Source of the DNA: an uncultured Erysipelotrichaceae bacterium
GTDB lineage: Bacteria; Bacillota_I; Bacilli_A; RF39; UBA660
DNA: 37,981 nt
Direction of reading: 5' to 3'
Assembly (NCBI GenBank): GCA_902793315.1
Contig: CADBCT010000007.1
Location: 1 to 37,981 of the forward strand
Shown: piece after piece, positions 1 to 8,785 of the stretch
How the letters are laid out: the number at the start of each line of letters is the position of its first letter
How positions within the stretch are numbered: the stretch's first letter is position 1
Notes under the pieces: model-generated
Seen by the model: the letters and a program-made list of their open reading frames with translations, nothing else
Told to the model about the DNA's origin: nothing
Database searches by the model: none
Position numbers and translations under genes: made by a program

Positions 1-15
1 ATGCTTTAAATTATA

Positions 16-50
16 AAACCCCAATTCAATATAAAATTGAATCAGGGTTT
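16..50 (+). terminator. Hairpin, probable intrinsic terminator of an upstream gene
   Basis: AAAACCC-ATTCAAT / ATTGAAT-GGGTTTT imperfect stem ending in a T run. Confidence 0.5.
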
Positions 51-152
51 TAGTGATTCTTTTTATAAAGTGTCTATTTTTAGTTGACTACTTTAAAATA
101 GCTTCTTTTTTATTTAGAAAAAGTATGTTAAAATAATAATGAGGATGATAAT

Positions 153-1325
153 ATGAATGAAGAAAAGAGTAGGAGAATTCCTTGCCCTAAATGTGGGGAA
201 TTAATGAGTGTTGACGCTAGATGTTGTACACACTGTGGTACTTTAAATCCAGACTTTATTAATAATCAGACTTTATATGATAATGTTCAAAAGTCAATTA
301 AGGATTATAAGGCAGGAAAGACGCCATTATTAAAGGAAAGACAAGGGCAGGCACATGAAGCAAATAATACTGGAAATCGTAATTTTGCTTTTTATGTTAC
401 TTATTTCTTATATTTGTTAATGATTGCTGTTACAGCTTTTGCAGCATTTTCAACAGGTATTAATAGTTTTGATATTTTGATTATTTCATCATATCCTATG
501 ACACTTGTTATGTTATCTATATTATTCTTATATATTTATTCTATTGAGTTAATGTTTATGAAGTGTAATAAACCTTGGTGGGCTGGACTAGTACCTATTT
601 ATAATATAATGGTATTAGGTGATATTGCTTTTCATAATAAATATATTGGATTAATATGTTTTGTTCCAATAATTGGTCAAATCTTCTTATTAGTTATATT
701 ATATAAAATAGGGGAAAAATTTAAATATAATGGAATGTTTACAGCTTTGCTATCAATAATTTTTGTCCCAATAATTGGATTTGCTGATCATTTATATGAA
801 GACAAAGTTTATGTAACTACAGGGGATGATAGATCATTAGAAAAAGACTATCGTAATAAAAAGATATTTTTCTCAACTTTGGTACTTATATTAGTTTGTG
901 GAGTAGCCTTATTCATAATGGGGCATATTGGTCAAGTTAGAAAGACAAACAAGACAATTGGTGGTCTATATTATGCTATGGCTGGTAGGCAAACTATAAG
1001 ACATGTAAAGTCTGCTGTTGAAGCTGGAGATATTATCTGTAAAAGTACTACTTATGATAGTAGTCAAGGTGTGTATTATATTAAGTATAATGATTTAGGT
1101 AATAATGTCTTTTTACCTTTATATATGATGCGTGATTCTATTTCTGCTTATGTAAAGATAGATAATGATAAAGAACCTAGAGAATACTACATTAGTATGA
1201 CTGATGGTAAGTATGGCTTTAGTGAAATTCTAGAAAAAGATGTTTATTCGAGAAATGTTATCGAGTACACTAGTTTAAGAGAAGTACCGACAGTACAAAT
1301 TTGTGAAATTACAACAGACGCTTGA
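153..1325 (+). CDS. Membrane protein with N-terminal zinc ribbon and DUF5684-like membrane domain
   Basis: CPKC..CTHC zinc ribbon; several hydrophobic helices; KPWWAGLVPIYN motif typical of DUF5684; GAGGA RBS. Confidence 0.7.
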   Translation: MNEEKSRRIPCPKCGELMSVDARCCTHCGTLNPDFINNQTLYDNVQKSIKDYKAGKTPLLKERQGQAHEANNTGNRNFAFYVTYFLYLLMIAVTAFAAFSTGINSFDILIISSYPMTLVMLSILFLYIYSIELMFMKCNKPWWAGLVPIYNIMVLGDIAFHNKYIGLICFVPIIGQIFLLVILYKIGEKFKYNGMFTALLSIIFVPIIGFADHLYEDKVYVTTGDDRSLEKDYRNKKIFFSTLVLILVCGVALFIMGHIGQVRKTNKTIGGLYYAMAGRQTIRHVKSAVEAGDIICKSTTYDSSQGVYYIKYNDLGNNVFLPLYMMRDSISAYVKIDNDKEPREYYISMTDGKYGFSEILEKDVYSRNVIEYTSLREVPTVQICEITTDA

Positions 1326-1350
1326 AAAGAATAGGATAATATATTATAAT
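1322..1350 (+). promoter_or_regulatory. Sigma-A-type promoter of the T-box leader
   Basis: TTGAAA (1322-1327) - 17 bp - TATAAT (1345-1350). Confidence 0.7.
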
Positions 1351-1359
1351 TATTAAAGA

Positions 1360-1545
1360 AATCAGTGATTAGAACTAATAATAAGATTATTCTAGTAAAG
1401 AGAATTCGTGGTTGGTGGAAACGATATAGAATACTTATTTATCTACTCTATAGAGGATTAATAAATCCCGGTAAATGCCGTTATCTAAATCAAGTTAATT
1501 AAAGGATGGTACCGTGCTATGCACTCCTTGGACCATCTTTTTTTG
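1360..1545 (+). ncRNA. T-box riboswitch, probably Ser-specific
   Basis: AGAGA box (1399-1403); GGTGGAA (1414-1420); antiterminator AAGGA-TGGTACC-GTGC-tat-GCAC-TCCTT (1502-1529); competing terminator GATGGT/ACCATC plus T run; candidate specifier TCT (1442-1444); serS downstream. Confidence 0.9.
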
Positions 1546-1560
1546 TTGTTAGGAGGAAAT

Positions 1561-1782
1561 ATGAGAAAGATAAAAATAGGTGCTCAGTACAAGCATTTTA
1601 AAGGTAAAATAGTGAAAGTATTAATGATTGCAAAAGACTCTGAAGACCTAAAAGAAGTAGTTGTTTATAAACATGATAATGATACTTGGGTTAGACCAAA
1701 GGATGAATTTCTCTCGGAAGTCGATCACAATAAATATCCAGAAGTTAAGCAAAAATATCGTTTTGAGGAAGTAAAAGAATGA
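1561..1782 (+). CDS. DUF1653 domain protein
   Basis: YKHFKG..AKDSE..VVVY..WVRP..F..QKYRFE motifs; start moved to ATG 1561 behind AGGAGG (the ORF-track start lies inside the T-box). Confidence 0.85.
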   Translation: MRKIKIGAQYKHFKGKIVKVLMIAKDSEDLKEVVVYKHDNDTWVRPKDEFLSEVDHNKYPEVKQKYRFEEVKE

Positions 1783-2198
1783 AAAAAAGCAAATTAATTA
1801 TTTCAATAATAAGTATTTTAGTATTTATGGGAGCTCTTACTTTATTTACATCTTCACCAGAGATTAGTGATAATGATAAAACTAAAGATATTAAGTACAA
1901 AGAAACTGTTTCGTTTGGGGAGATATTCACACTACCAAAGGATAAAACAGTCACAGTAGGTGATGAACTAGAGGTAAAATTATTATCAGTGGGAGATAGT
2001 AGATGTAAAGAAGGTATGCAGTGTATTTGGGAAGGTGAATTAACATATAAGATAGAAATTAGTGATATTGAAAACACTGACTATGTAGAATTAGGTACTG
2101 TTAATAAAAAAGAAGAAACATATAAAGAATATATTATTTCTTTAGATGATTATAATGATAGTACTGAATATGCAAAATTAAAGATTACAAAGAATTAG
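1779..2198 (+). CDS. Membrane-anchored or secreted hypothetical protein
   Basis: N-terminal hydrophobic helix; DSRCxxGxxCIWEG motif; ATGA overlap with the previous gene. Confidence 0.7.
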   Translation: MKKSKLIISIISILVFMGALTLFTSSPEISDNDKTKDIKYKETVSFGEIFTLPKDKTVTVGDELEVKLLSVGDSRCKEGMQCIWEGELTYKIEISDIENTDYVELGTVNKKEETYKEYIISLDDYNDSTEYAKLKITKN

Positions 2199-2209
2199 GA
2201 GGTCTTTTT

Positions 2210-3493
2210 ATGATAGATATTAAATTAATAAGAGAAAATAGTGATTTAGTAAAAGAAAATATTAAGAAGAAATTTCAAGATGAAAAATTACCATTAGTAG
2301 ATGAAGTAAAAGAATTAGATGAAAAAGCTAGAACTTTGCAAACTGAAGGAGATAATTTAAAAGCTGAGAAAAATAAGCTTAGTAAATCTATTGGATTACT
2401 TATGAGAGATGGTAAGAAAGAAGAAGCAGAGAATGTTAAAAAGCAAATTGCTGAAATGGACACTAGAATTAAAGAAATAGATGAAGAATTACCTGAAATT
2501 CAAAAATCTGTTAGAGAAAAGATGTTGGTTATTCCTCAAATAATGGATCCATCAGTACCAATAGGTAAGGATGATAGTGAGAATGTTGAAGTAGAGAAAT
2601 TTGGAGATCCTATAGTACCTAGTTATGAAATTCCTTATCATGCTGATATTATACTAAGTGTTAAGGGAATGGATAAAGAAGCTGCTGGTAGAACTAGTGG
2701 AGAAGGATTCTATTATTTGTTAGGTGATATTGCTAGGCTTCATGAAGCAATGATTGCCTATGCCAGAGATTTTATGATTGATCATGGTTTTACTTATGCA
2801 ATTCCACCATTTATGATTCATGCTGATGTAGTTACAGGAGTTATGTCTTTTCCTGAAATGGAAGCAATGATGTATAAAATTGAAGGTGAAGATCTATTCT
2901 TAATAGGTACTTCTGAACATAGTATGATTGGTAAGTTTAAAGATCAAATTTTAAAAAAGGAAGAATTACCAATTAATATGACTAGTTATTCTCCTTGTTT
3001 TAGAAAAGAGGGAGGAAGTCATGGCTTAGAAGAAAGAGGACTATATCGTGTTCATCAATTTGAAAAGCAAGAAATGATTGTTATTTGTGAACCAGAAGAA
3101 TCAATGAATTGGTATGAGAAAATGTGGAAACTTACAGTTGAAATATTCCGTAATTGGGATATTCCAGTAAGACAATTAGAATGTTGTAGTGGTGATTTGG
3201 CTGACTTAAAAGTTAAATCATGTGATATAGAAGCTTGGAGTCCAAGACAACAAAAATACTTTGAAGTAGCTAGTTGCTCTAACTTGGGAGATGCACAGGC
3301 TAGAAGATTAGGTATTAGAACTAAAGGAGATAAAGGAACATATTATCTTCATACATTGAATAATACTGTAGTAGCTACTCCAAGAGGATTAATTGCTTTA
3401 ATAGAAAATAATTACGAGGAAGATGGAAGTATTAAGATTCCAAAAGTATTACAACCATACATGGGTGGAAAAGAAAAAATAGAAGTTAAATAA
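2210..3493 (+). CDS. serS: Serine--tRNA ligase
   Basis: N-terminal coiled coil; GTSE; motif 2 CFRKE..GLYRVHQFEKQE; SCSN; HTLNNT. Confidence 0.97.
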   Translation: MIDIKLIRENSDLVKENIKKKFQDEKLPLVDEVKELDEKARTLQTEGDNLKAEKNKLSKSIGLLMRDGKKEEAENVKKQIAEMDTRIKEIDEELPEIQKSVREKMLVIPQIMDPSVPIGKDDSENVEVEKFGDPIVPSYEIPYHADIILSVKGMDKEAAGRTSGEGFYYLLGDIARLHEAMIAYARDFMIDHGFTYAIPPFMIHADVVTGVMSFPEMEAMMYKIEGEDLFLIGTSEHSMIGKFKDQILKKEELPINMTSYSPCFRKEGGSHGLEERGLYRVHQFEKQEMIVICEPEESMNWYEKMWKLTVEIFRNWDIPVRQLECCSGDLADLKVKSCDIEAWSPRQQKYFEVASCSNLGDAQARRLGIRTKGDKGTYYLHTLNNTVVATPRGLIALIENNYEEDGSIKIPKVLQPYMGGKEKIEVK

Positions 3494-3496
3494 CTT

Positions 3497-4597
3497 CTAT
3501 TTTTGTATGCTGTCTAAACTTATACCATTTTCTAATAAATAGTCTCCTAATGTTATTTGTCTATCTATAAGATTTTTCCAAATAACAAATTTAATGCAAG
3601 GACTTGGAAAAAGTCTTCTTAAGTCCTTAGGAGTTTTTTTTGATAGGAGGTAGCTCTTCAATGTATTAAAGGCTTCTTCATAACTATTTTTGCTGTCGAA
3701 TAATTCTTTAAGTATTTGGTTCATATCTTCAGGATAGCCAGCAAAGTCTTTATATATTTGAAGATATTCATCATATGAGCATTCTTCTTTATTCTTTAAT
3801 AAAAGCAAGGTTATCTGTTGAATATCAGCATAACTACACTTAAATCTCTTTCTAATAGTTTCTATGTCATTATCATCATTAAAATCGATGAATTCTTTAT
3901 TATATTCTCCTTGTATATAATTGTAAAAATCACCACAATTGACCTGTTCTAAATTGTTTTTACGATTGGTAATATAATGAGCAATTAACATAGATAATAT
4001 ATAATTATATGAAGCACAACCATCGGATACAACAGCAACTCTATCATGATGTAAAGCAAACGGGTTAGCTTCAATTAATCCTTCTTGAATATAACTATTA
4101 TTTTCAATAAAACTAAAGACTTTTTCAGCTTCTTTAGGATCAACAACTCTTATTACAAAGTCATCAAATCTAATTGTACTTGCAATCTTTGATTCATGAG
4201 ATATTTTTTCATCAATTAAAAATTGTAGTATTTGCTTTGCTCCTTCTTCAATATGTTCAGCATCTAAAGGAACATATATCTTGATTTCTGTAAGTAATTC
4301 CCCCATTTCAATATTAGCTGAAGTAAAATGGCAAAAATTTTTCTCTGACTGAATATGTACAGATTTGTTATTTATAAAAAGACTTTCTAAATTTTCAAAA
4401 ATACTTTTACCTTCTTCTTTTGAAGTTCCTTTTTCTCTTAAATTAAAACCTTTATCTTTTGATTTAATCCCTAAACTACGTAGTGCTCTGTAAATACCAG
4501 AAATACCATTATCACTAAGAAAATCATAGTCTGGATTTTGTTCAGCTATAGCTTTTAAAAGTTTTAGAAAACTATCAACTTTTTCTTTTTTAACCAT
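3497..4597 (-). CDS. Hypothetical protein with a HopA1/lyase-like central motif
   Basis: Long ORF; KIYVPL..HI..A..I..FL..H.SKI..R.DD.VIRV segment; likely start ATG at 4597 overlapping the small upstream ORF. Confidence 0.6.
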   Translation of the reverse strand: MVKKEKVDSFLKLLKAIAEQNPDYDFLSDNGISGIYRALRSLGIKSKDKGFNLREKGTSKEEGKSIFENLESLFINNKSVHIQSEKNFCHFTSANIEMGELLTEIKIYVPLDAEHIEEGAKQILQFLIDEKISHESKIASTIRFDDFVIRVVDPKEAEKVFSFIENNSYIQEGLIEANPFALHHDRVAVVSDGCASYNYILSMLIAHYITNRKNNLEQVNCGDFYNYIQGEYNKEFIDFNDDNDIETIRKRFKCSYADIQQITLLLLKNKEECSYDEYLQIYKDFAGYPEDMNQILKELFDSKNSYEEAFNTLKSYLLSKKTPKDLRRLFPSPCIKFVIWKNLIDRQITLGDYLLENGISLDSIQK

Positions 4598-4754
4598 GGT
4601 TTTCACCGCTTTCTGGCTTTAATAATTCTTCATTTGCCATCAATGTTAATTCATCAAGTCTTATATCAATAGGAGTACTAATATCAAATTCTATTTCTTC
4701 AGGTATATAAGTATCATCAAATTCTATCTCTTGATTATCAATTATTACTTTCAT
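4590..4754 (-). CDS. Small acidic protein, 54 aa (not in the ORF track)
   Basis: GGAGGG RBS before ATG 4754; MKVIIDNQEIEFDDTYIPEEIEFDISTPIDIRLDELTLMANEELLKPESGENHG*; stop overlaps the next start. Confidence 0.7.
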   Translation of the reverse strand: MKVIIDNQEIEFDDTYIPEEIEFDISTPIDIRLDELTLMANEELLKPESGENHG

Positions 4755-4863
4755 AATATCCCTCCAACTATATTATAAAGTATAATTTAGCTTATGTAAA
4801 AATAAGTCTTTAAAAAAATAAATAAGTATTATATAATAATGTATAGATAGAAGGAGAGATTAT

Positions 4864-5985
4864 ATGGGTTTAATTAAAGCTGCTGTACAGGCAACAGCAA
4901 GTACACTACATGATCAATGGAAAGATTATATTCGTTGTGAAGATTTAGGAAATGATATTTTGATGAGGAGAGTATCTACACCTAATGGTATTATTTCAAA
5001 GAATAGTGCTATTCAGGTAGCTCCTGGACAAATCGCAGTAGTTTTCCAAAATGGTAAAATTTTAGATGCAACTGCTGAAGAAGGTATCTTTACATTTGAT
5101 GAATCTGCATCACCATCTTTCTTTGCAGGAGATTTTGGAGATGTATTTAAAGAAATGTGGACTCGTTTTACTTATAATGGAGGAGTTGCAAAGGAACAAG
5201 CTGTGTTCTATATTAATGCCAAAGAAATTATTGATAATAAATTTGGAACACCTGCACCAGTTCCATTTCAAGATTGGTCACATCCAATTCCAAATCAAAT
5301 GACTAAAGAAATGACACCTTTAAGAGTACAAGTTAAATGTTTTGGTAAGTATACTTTTAAGATTAGTGATCCAGCTACTTTTATGAGTAAAATTGCTGGT
5401 ACTGCTGAAGAGTATAGAAAAGATGAAATATTAGAACAAATGAGAAGTGAAGTAATTGGGGCATTCCAAAATGTACTTAATGAATTAGGTACTGCTGCTC
5501 ATAAAACTCCAGTACTTGAATTACCAAGTGCTACTGATGAAATTAAGACTGCAATGGATGCAAAAGTATTTGATCAGCCAATTAGAGATCGTGGAATTAG
5601 CTTAATTGGATTTGTAATTGAAAGTGTTACTCTTGATGATGAATCTAATAAGAAAATTGATCAATACGAACTTTCTTCAAATGCTTACATGCAACAAGGA
5701 AAGCTTGTTGGAAGCTTTGGAGATGCTGTTGTTGATGCAGCAAACAATGAAAATGGAGCTATGAATGGTATGATGGGTGTCGGTATGGTCGGCATGGCTA
5801 GCGGAGGCATGATGCAAGGTGCTGTAGCTGGGGCGTTCAATGGACAAGGTACTGATGTTGATCAAATGAAAGGTGGAGCTGGAGAAGCTCAACCAGCTGC
5901 AGGAGGAGCATTCTGTCCTAAGTGTGGAGCTGCTGTTGGAGCAGATGATGAATTCTGTAGTAAATGTGGAAACAAATTAAAATAA
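4864..5985 (+). CDS. SPFH (band 7) domain protein with C-terminal zinc ribbon, YdjI-like
   Basis: S.I.V..GQ.A, KFGTP.P, FG.YTFKI.DP motifs; Gly/Met-rich linker; FCPKCG..FCSKCG. Confidence 0.85.
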   Translation: MGLIKAAVQATASTLHDQWKDYIRCEDLGNDILMRRVSTPNGIISKNSAIQVAPGQIAVVFQNGKILDATAEEGIFTFDESASPSFFAGDFGDVFKEMWTRFTYNGGVAKEQAVFYINAKEIIDNKFGTPAPVPFQDWSHPIPNQMTKEMTPLRVQVKCFGKYTFKISDPATFMSKIAGTAEEYRKDEILEQMRSEVIGAFQNVLNELGTAAHKTPVLELPSATDEIKTAMDAKVFDQPIRDRGISLIGFVIESVTLDDESNKKIDQYELSSNAYMQQGKLVGSFGDAVVDAANNENGAMNGMMGVGMVGMASGGMMQGAVAGAFNGQGTDVDQMKGGAGEAQPAAGGAFCPKCGAAVGADDEFCSKCGNKLK

Positions 5986-6012
5986 AGAGCCTTAAAGCTC
6001 TTTATTTTTTTT
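5984..6012 (+). terminator. Intrinsic terminator
   Basis: AAAGAGC-cttaaa-GCTCTTT followed by a T-rich tract. Confidence 0.75.
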
Positions 6013-6047
6013 CTTCCAATATGCTATAATAAACAAGGAGGGATATA

Positions 6048-6353
6048 ATGAAAAGTATTATTTTTTTATTACCAGCGTTTATATCTATTAATTATGGAAA
6101 AGAAAAAAAGAGTATAAATGAAATGCTTATTGAATACGGAGTTTATTGCTGTGCTATTAATTTGTTGATGTTACTTATGTTGATAATGATAGGACGCGCA
6201 AAAGAGTCATTAAGTGATTCTGGCTCTATAAAATTCTGCTTTTTATATCTTGCAAGTAGTATGATTATTGCATATTGCTTGCCTAGAATATTTAATTACT
6301 GCAAAAATAATTTTGATTTTAAAGTGAAAAGAGTTAAAAATGAAAAAATGTAG
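6048..6353 (+). CDS. Small membrane protein
   Basis: AGGAGG RBS; hydrophobic segments; overlaps the next gene. Confidence 0.65.
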   Translation: MKSIIFLLPAFISINYGKEKKSINEMLIEYGVYCCAINLLMLLMLIMIGRAKESLSDSGSIKFCFLYLASSMIIAYCLPRIFNYCKNNFDFKVKRVKNEKM

Positions 6354-7845
6354 ATATATACTGTTATATATTTATGTATTTTTAATATCATTATCTGTAT
6401 CATCAACTAATTGGGCTATTAATAAATTTGCATTTTTAAGCTTTGATGAAGCAATGTTTCAATTGACTTCTCCTATAAAAAGTGCTGAAAAATCTATCCT
6501 AACTAGTTTTGTTGCAGATAGTCTTTTTATTGCAGTAATGTGTTCATTAATATTTTTTGGCTTATTAGTTTTAATATTAAACTATTTAGATTGTAAGCAG
6601 ATAAATTTAGAAATTAAATTATGGAAAAAAAAGATATTGTTTGGAATAAAGTCTAGTATTTTGAAATTATTGCTGAAATTGACTGTTATTATTTGTACAA
6701 TATATATTATCTATAGTTGCCTTAATCGAATAGGATTTATTAATTATCTATATAATCAAATCCATGAATCTTTATTTATTGAAGAGCATTATGTTAATCC
6801 AAATGATATTAAATTAACTTTTCCAAGCAAAAAAAGGAATTTAATATATATTTATGTTGAATCACTTGAAAGTACTTATTTTTCAAAAGATTTAGGTGGA
6901 GAAACAGATTATAATTTATTACAACCAATAACTGAATTAACTGCTAAGAACATTAGTTTTTCTGATACAAATAAATTTGGTGGAGCAATGTCAATTCCAG
7001 GAACTACTTGGACTACAGGAGCCATGGTTGCTCAAACTTCAGGATTACCACTTATGGTTAGTGGAGAGTTTGCTACTGAGAATAGACTTTCTTCAATGTT
7101 GTCAGGAGCTACCACTTTAGGTGATATTCTTGAAGCGAATGGTTATAACCAGATGTATATGATTGGTTCAGATAAAAGCTTTGGAAATCGTGATATTTAT
7201 TTCAAAGAACATGGTAATTATAAAATATATGATTATAATGTTGCCAAAAAGAAAAATAAAATAAGCGACGATTATTATGTTTGGTGGGGTTATGAAGATT
7301 CTAAACTGTTTGAATACGCTAAAGAAGAAATAACTAATTTAGCTAAGAAAGACAAACCATTTAATTTTACAATGTTGACTACAGATACGCATTTTACAGA
7401 TGGTTACTTAGAAAATACTTGTGTTCAGAGATTTGGAATTCAGTATTATGATGTTATATATTGTAGTGCTGGTCAAATACAGAAGTTTGCTAATTGGATT
7501 TCAAAACAGTCATTCTACAAAGATACTACAGTGATTATAGTTGGTGATCATATTAGTATGCAGTCTGGTATTTATCCTGAAGATGCTGATAGACGTGTAT
7601 ATAATTTGTTTATTAATTCAGCTGTTACAGAAGGAAGGTTTGCTAATAGAAAATTTAGTACTATGGATTTATTTCCAACTACACTAGCTAGTATGGGTGT
7701 TGAAATAGAAGGAGATAGATTAGGACTTGGAACTAACTTGTTTAGTGATAAAGACACTTTAGTAGAAGAGTATGGTTATGATTATTTTGCAAATGAAATG
7801 AGTAGATATAGTAAGTTTTATATGAAAGAGTTTTTAAATAAATAG
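6340..7845 (+). CDS. LTA synthase / phosphoglycerol transferase family protein (sulfatase-like fold)
   Basis: N-terminal TM helices; NLIYIYVESLE, WTTGAMVAQTSG, TDTHF and GDH metal-binding motifs. Confidence 0.88.
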   Translation: MKKCRYILLYIYVFLISLSVSSTNWAINKFAFLSFDEAMFQLTSPIKSAEKSILTSFVADSLFIAVMCSLIFFGLLVLILNYLDCKQINLEIKLWKKKILFGIKSSILKLLLKLTVIICTIYIIYSCLNRIGFINYLYNQIHESLFIEEHYVNPNDIKLTFPSKKRNLIYIYVESLESTYFSKDLGGETDYNLLQPITELTAKNISFSDTNKFGGAMSIPGTTWTTGAMVAQTSGLPLMVSGEFATENRLSSMLSGATTLGDILEANGYNQMYMIGSDKSFGNRDIYFKEHGNYKIYDYNVAKKKNKISDDYYVWWGYEDSKLFEYAKEEITNLAKKDKPFNFTMLTTDTHFTDGYLENTCVQRFGIQYYDVIYCSAGQIQKFANWISKQSFYKDTTVIIVGDHISMQSGIYPEDADRRVYNLFINSAVTEGRFANRKFSTMDLFPTTLASMGVEIEGDRLGLGTNLFSDKDTLVEEYGYDYFANEMSRYSKFYMKEFLNK

Positions 7846-7907
7846 TGCATAAAAAAAACTTATAAGTATAAGAAAATCATTGGAATAATTAGAAGTATAA
7901 AAAAAAT

Positions 7908-7941
7908 AAATAGTAAAAATTATTAATAATTTTTACTATTT
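7908..7941. terminator. Perfect 34-bp AT-rich palindrome, probable terminator
   Basis: AAATAGTAAAAATTATT|AATAATTTTTACTATTT, flanked by A-rich and T-rich tracts. Confidence 0.55.
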
Positions 7942-8080
7942 TTCTTTTTGTTTGCTTGTATTATTTAGAAAAAAACGACTATAAGAATTTTTTATAACTA
8001 CATAAATCGACTTAGTTTGACACTATATGACTCCTCTGTTAGAATAGGTAACTGTCACGTACAAAAAGAGGTGTTTTGAA

Positions 8081-8767
8081 ATGTTATGCGAAAAACAACG
8101 ATTATTTGATACTTGTAAGGAAGATCCATCCCTGATATTTACTTATATTAAACAAGGACAATATAGTGATGTAGAAGAAATTCTAATGAATAATATAGTG
8201 AATATTAATTTATTAGATAATGTTGGTAATGATGTTATGACTAGATTATTAAAAGCAAAACAATATAATTTAGTATTAAATCTTATGAAAAAGAAGAATT
8301 GGAATGTTAATAATCAAAATATTGAGGGTAATACTTTTGCTCATATACTAGCTTGTGATAGTTCTTTAATGGCAGTTAAAGTAGCTGAACAATTAAATTG
8401 CAAAAGCAATTATCTACCTAATATTAGAAACAATAATGGTGATACAGCTTTAGATTTAGCTCTTCGTAATAATCATTTGTGTTTAGCATTTAAAATATTA
8501 GAAGATAAGAGATTTAATGATATAAATATGTTTTCATTTAGAAATCTATTTAATATTACAGTTAGTAATAAAAAATATGGTAAATATTCTAAAATAAGTA
8601 ATTTAGAAATAATAGTTGATAATTTAATTAAAAAGGACTTAGATAAAGAATTAAGAGAATTAATTACTTATATAAAGAATAATATGGAAGCTATTAAAAA
8701 TACTATTTTAAATAATAGATCAATAATCCTAGACAATATTATTAATAATAGTTTGGTAGAGGCATAA
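8081..8767 (+). CDS. Ankyrin-repeat-like protein
   Basis: NLLDNVGN, NNQNIEGNTFAH and NIRNNNGDTALDLA repeat motifs; GAGGTG RBS. Confidence 0.75.
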   Translation: MLCEKQRLFDTCKEDPSLIFTYIKQGQYSDVEEILMNNIVNINLLDNVGNDVMTRLLKAKQYNLVLNLMKKKNWNVNNQNIEGNTFAHILACDSSLMAVKVAEQLNCKSNYLPNIRNNNGDTALDLALRNNHLCLAFKILEDKRFNDINMFSFRNLFNITVSNKKYGKYSKISNLEIIVDNLIKKDLDKELRELITYIKNNMEAIKNTILNNRSIILDNIINNSLVEA

Positions 8768-8777
8768 GCCTCTTTTT
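8758..8777 (+). terminator. Intrinsic terminator
   Basis: AGAGGC-ataa-GCCTCT followed by TTTT. Confidence 0.75.
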
Positions 8778-8785
8778 ATTTGTAA

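Noticed and set aside
1519-1560. Longer start for the DUF1653 gene
   Set aside because: It lies inside the T-box terminator, and the AGGAGG RBS supports ATG 1561.
5750-5945. Local GC rise in the SPFH gene
   Set aside because: Explained by a Gly/Ala/Met-rich linker, with no NNY bias or repeat partner.
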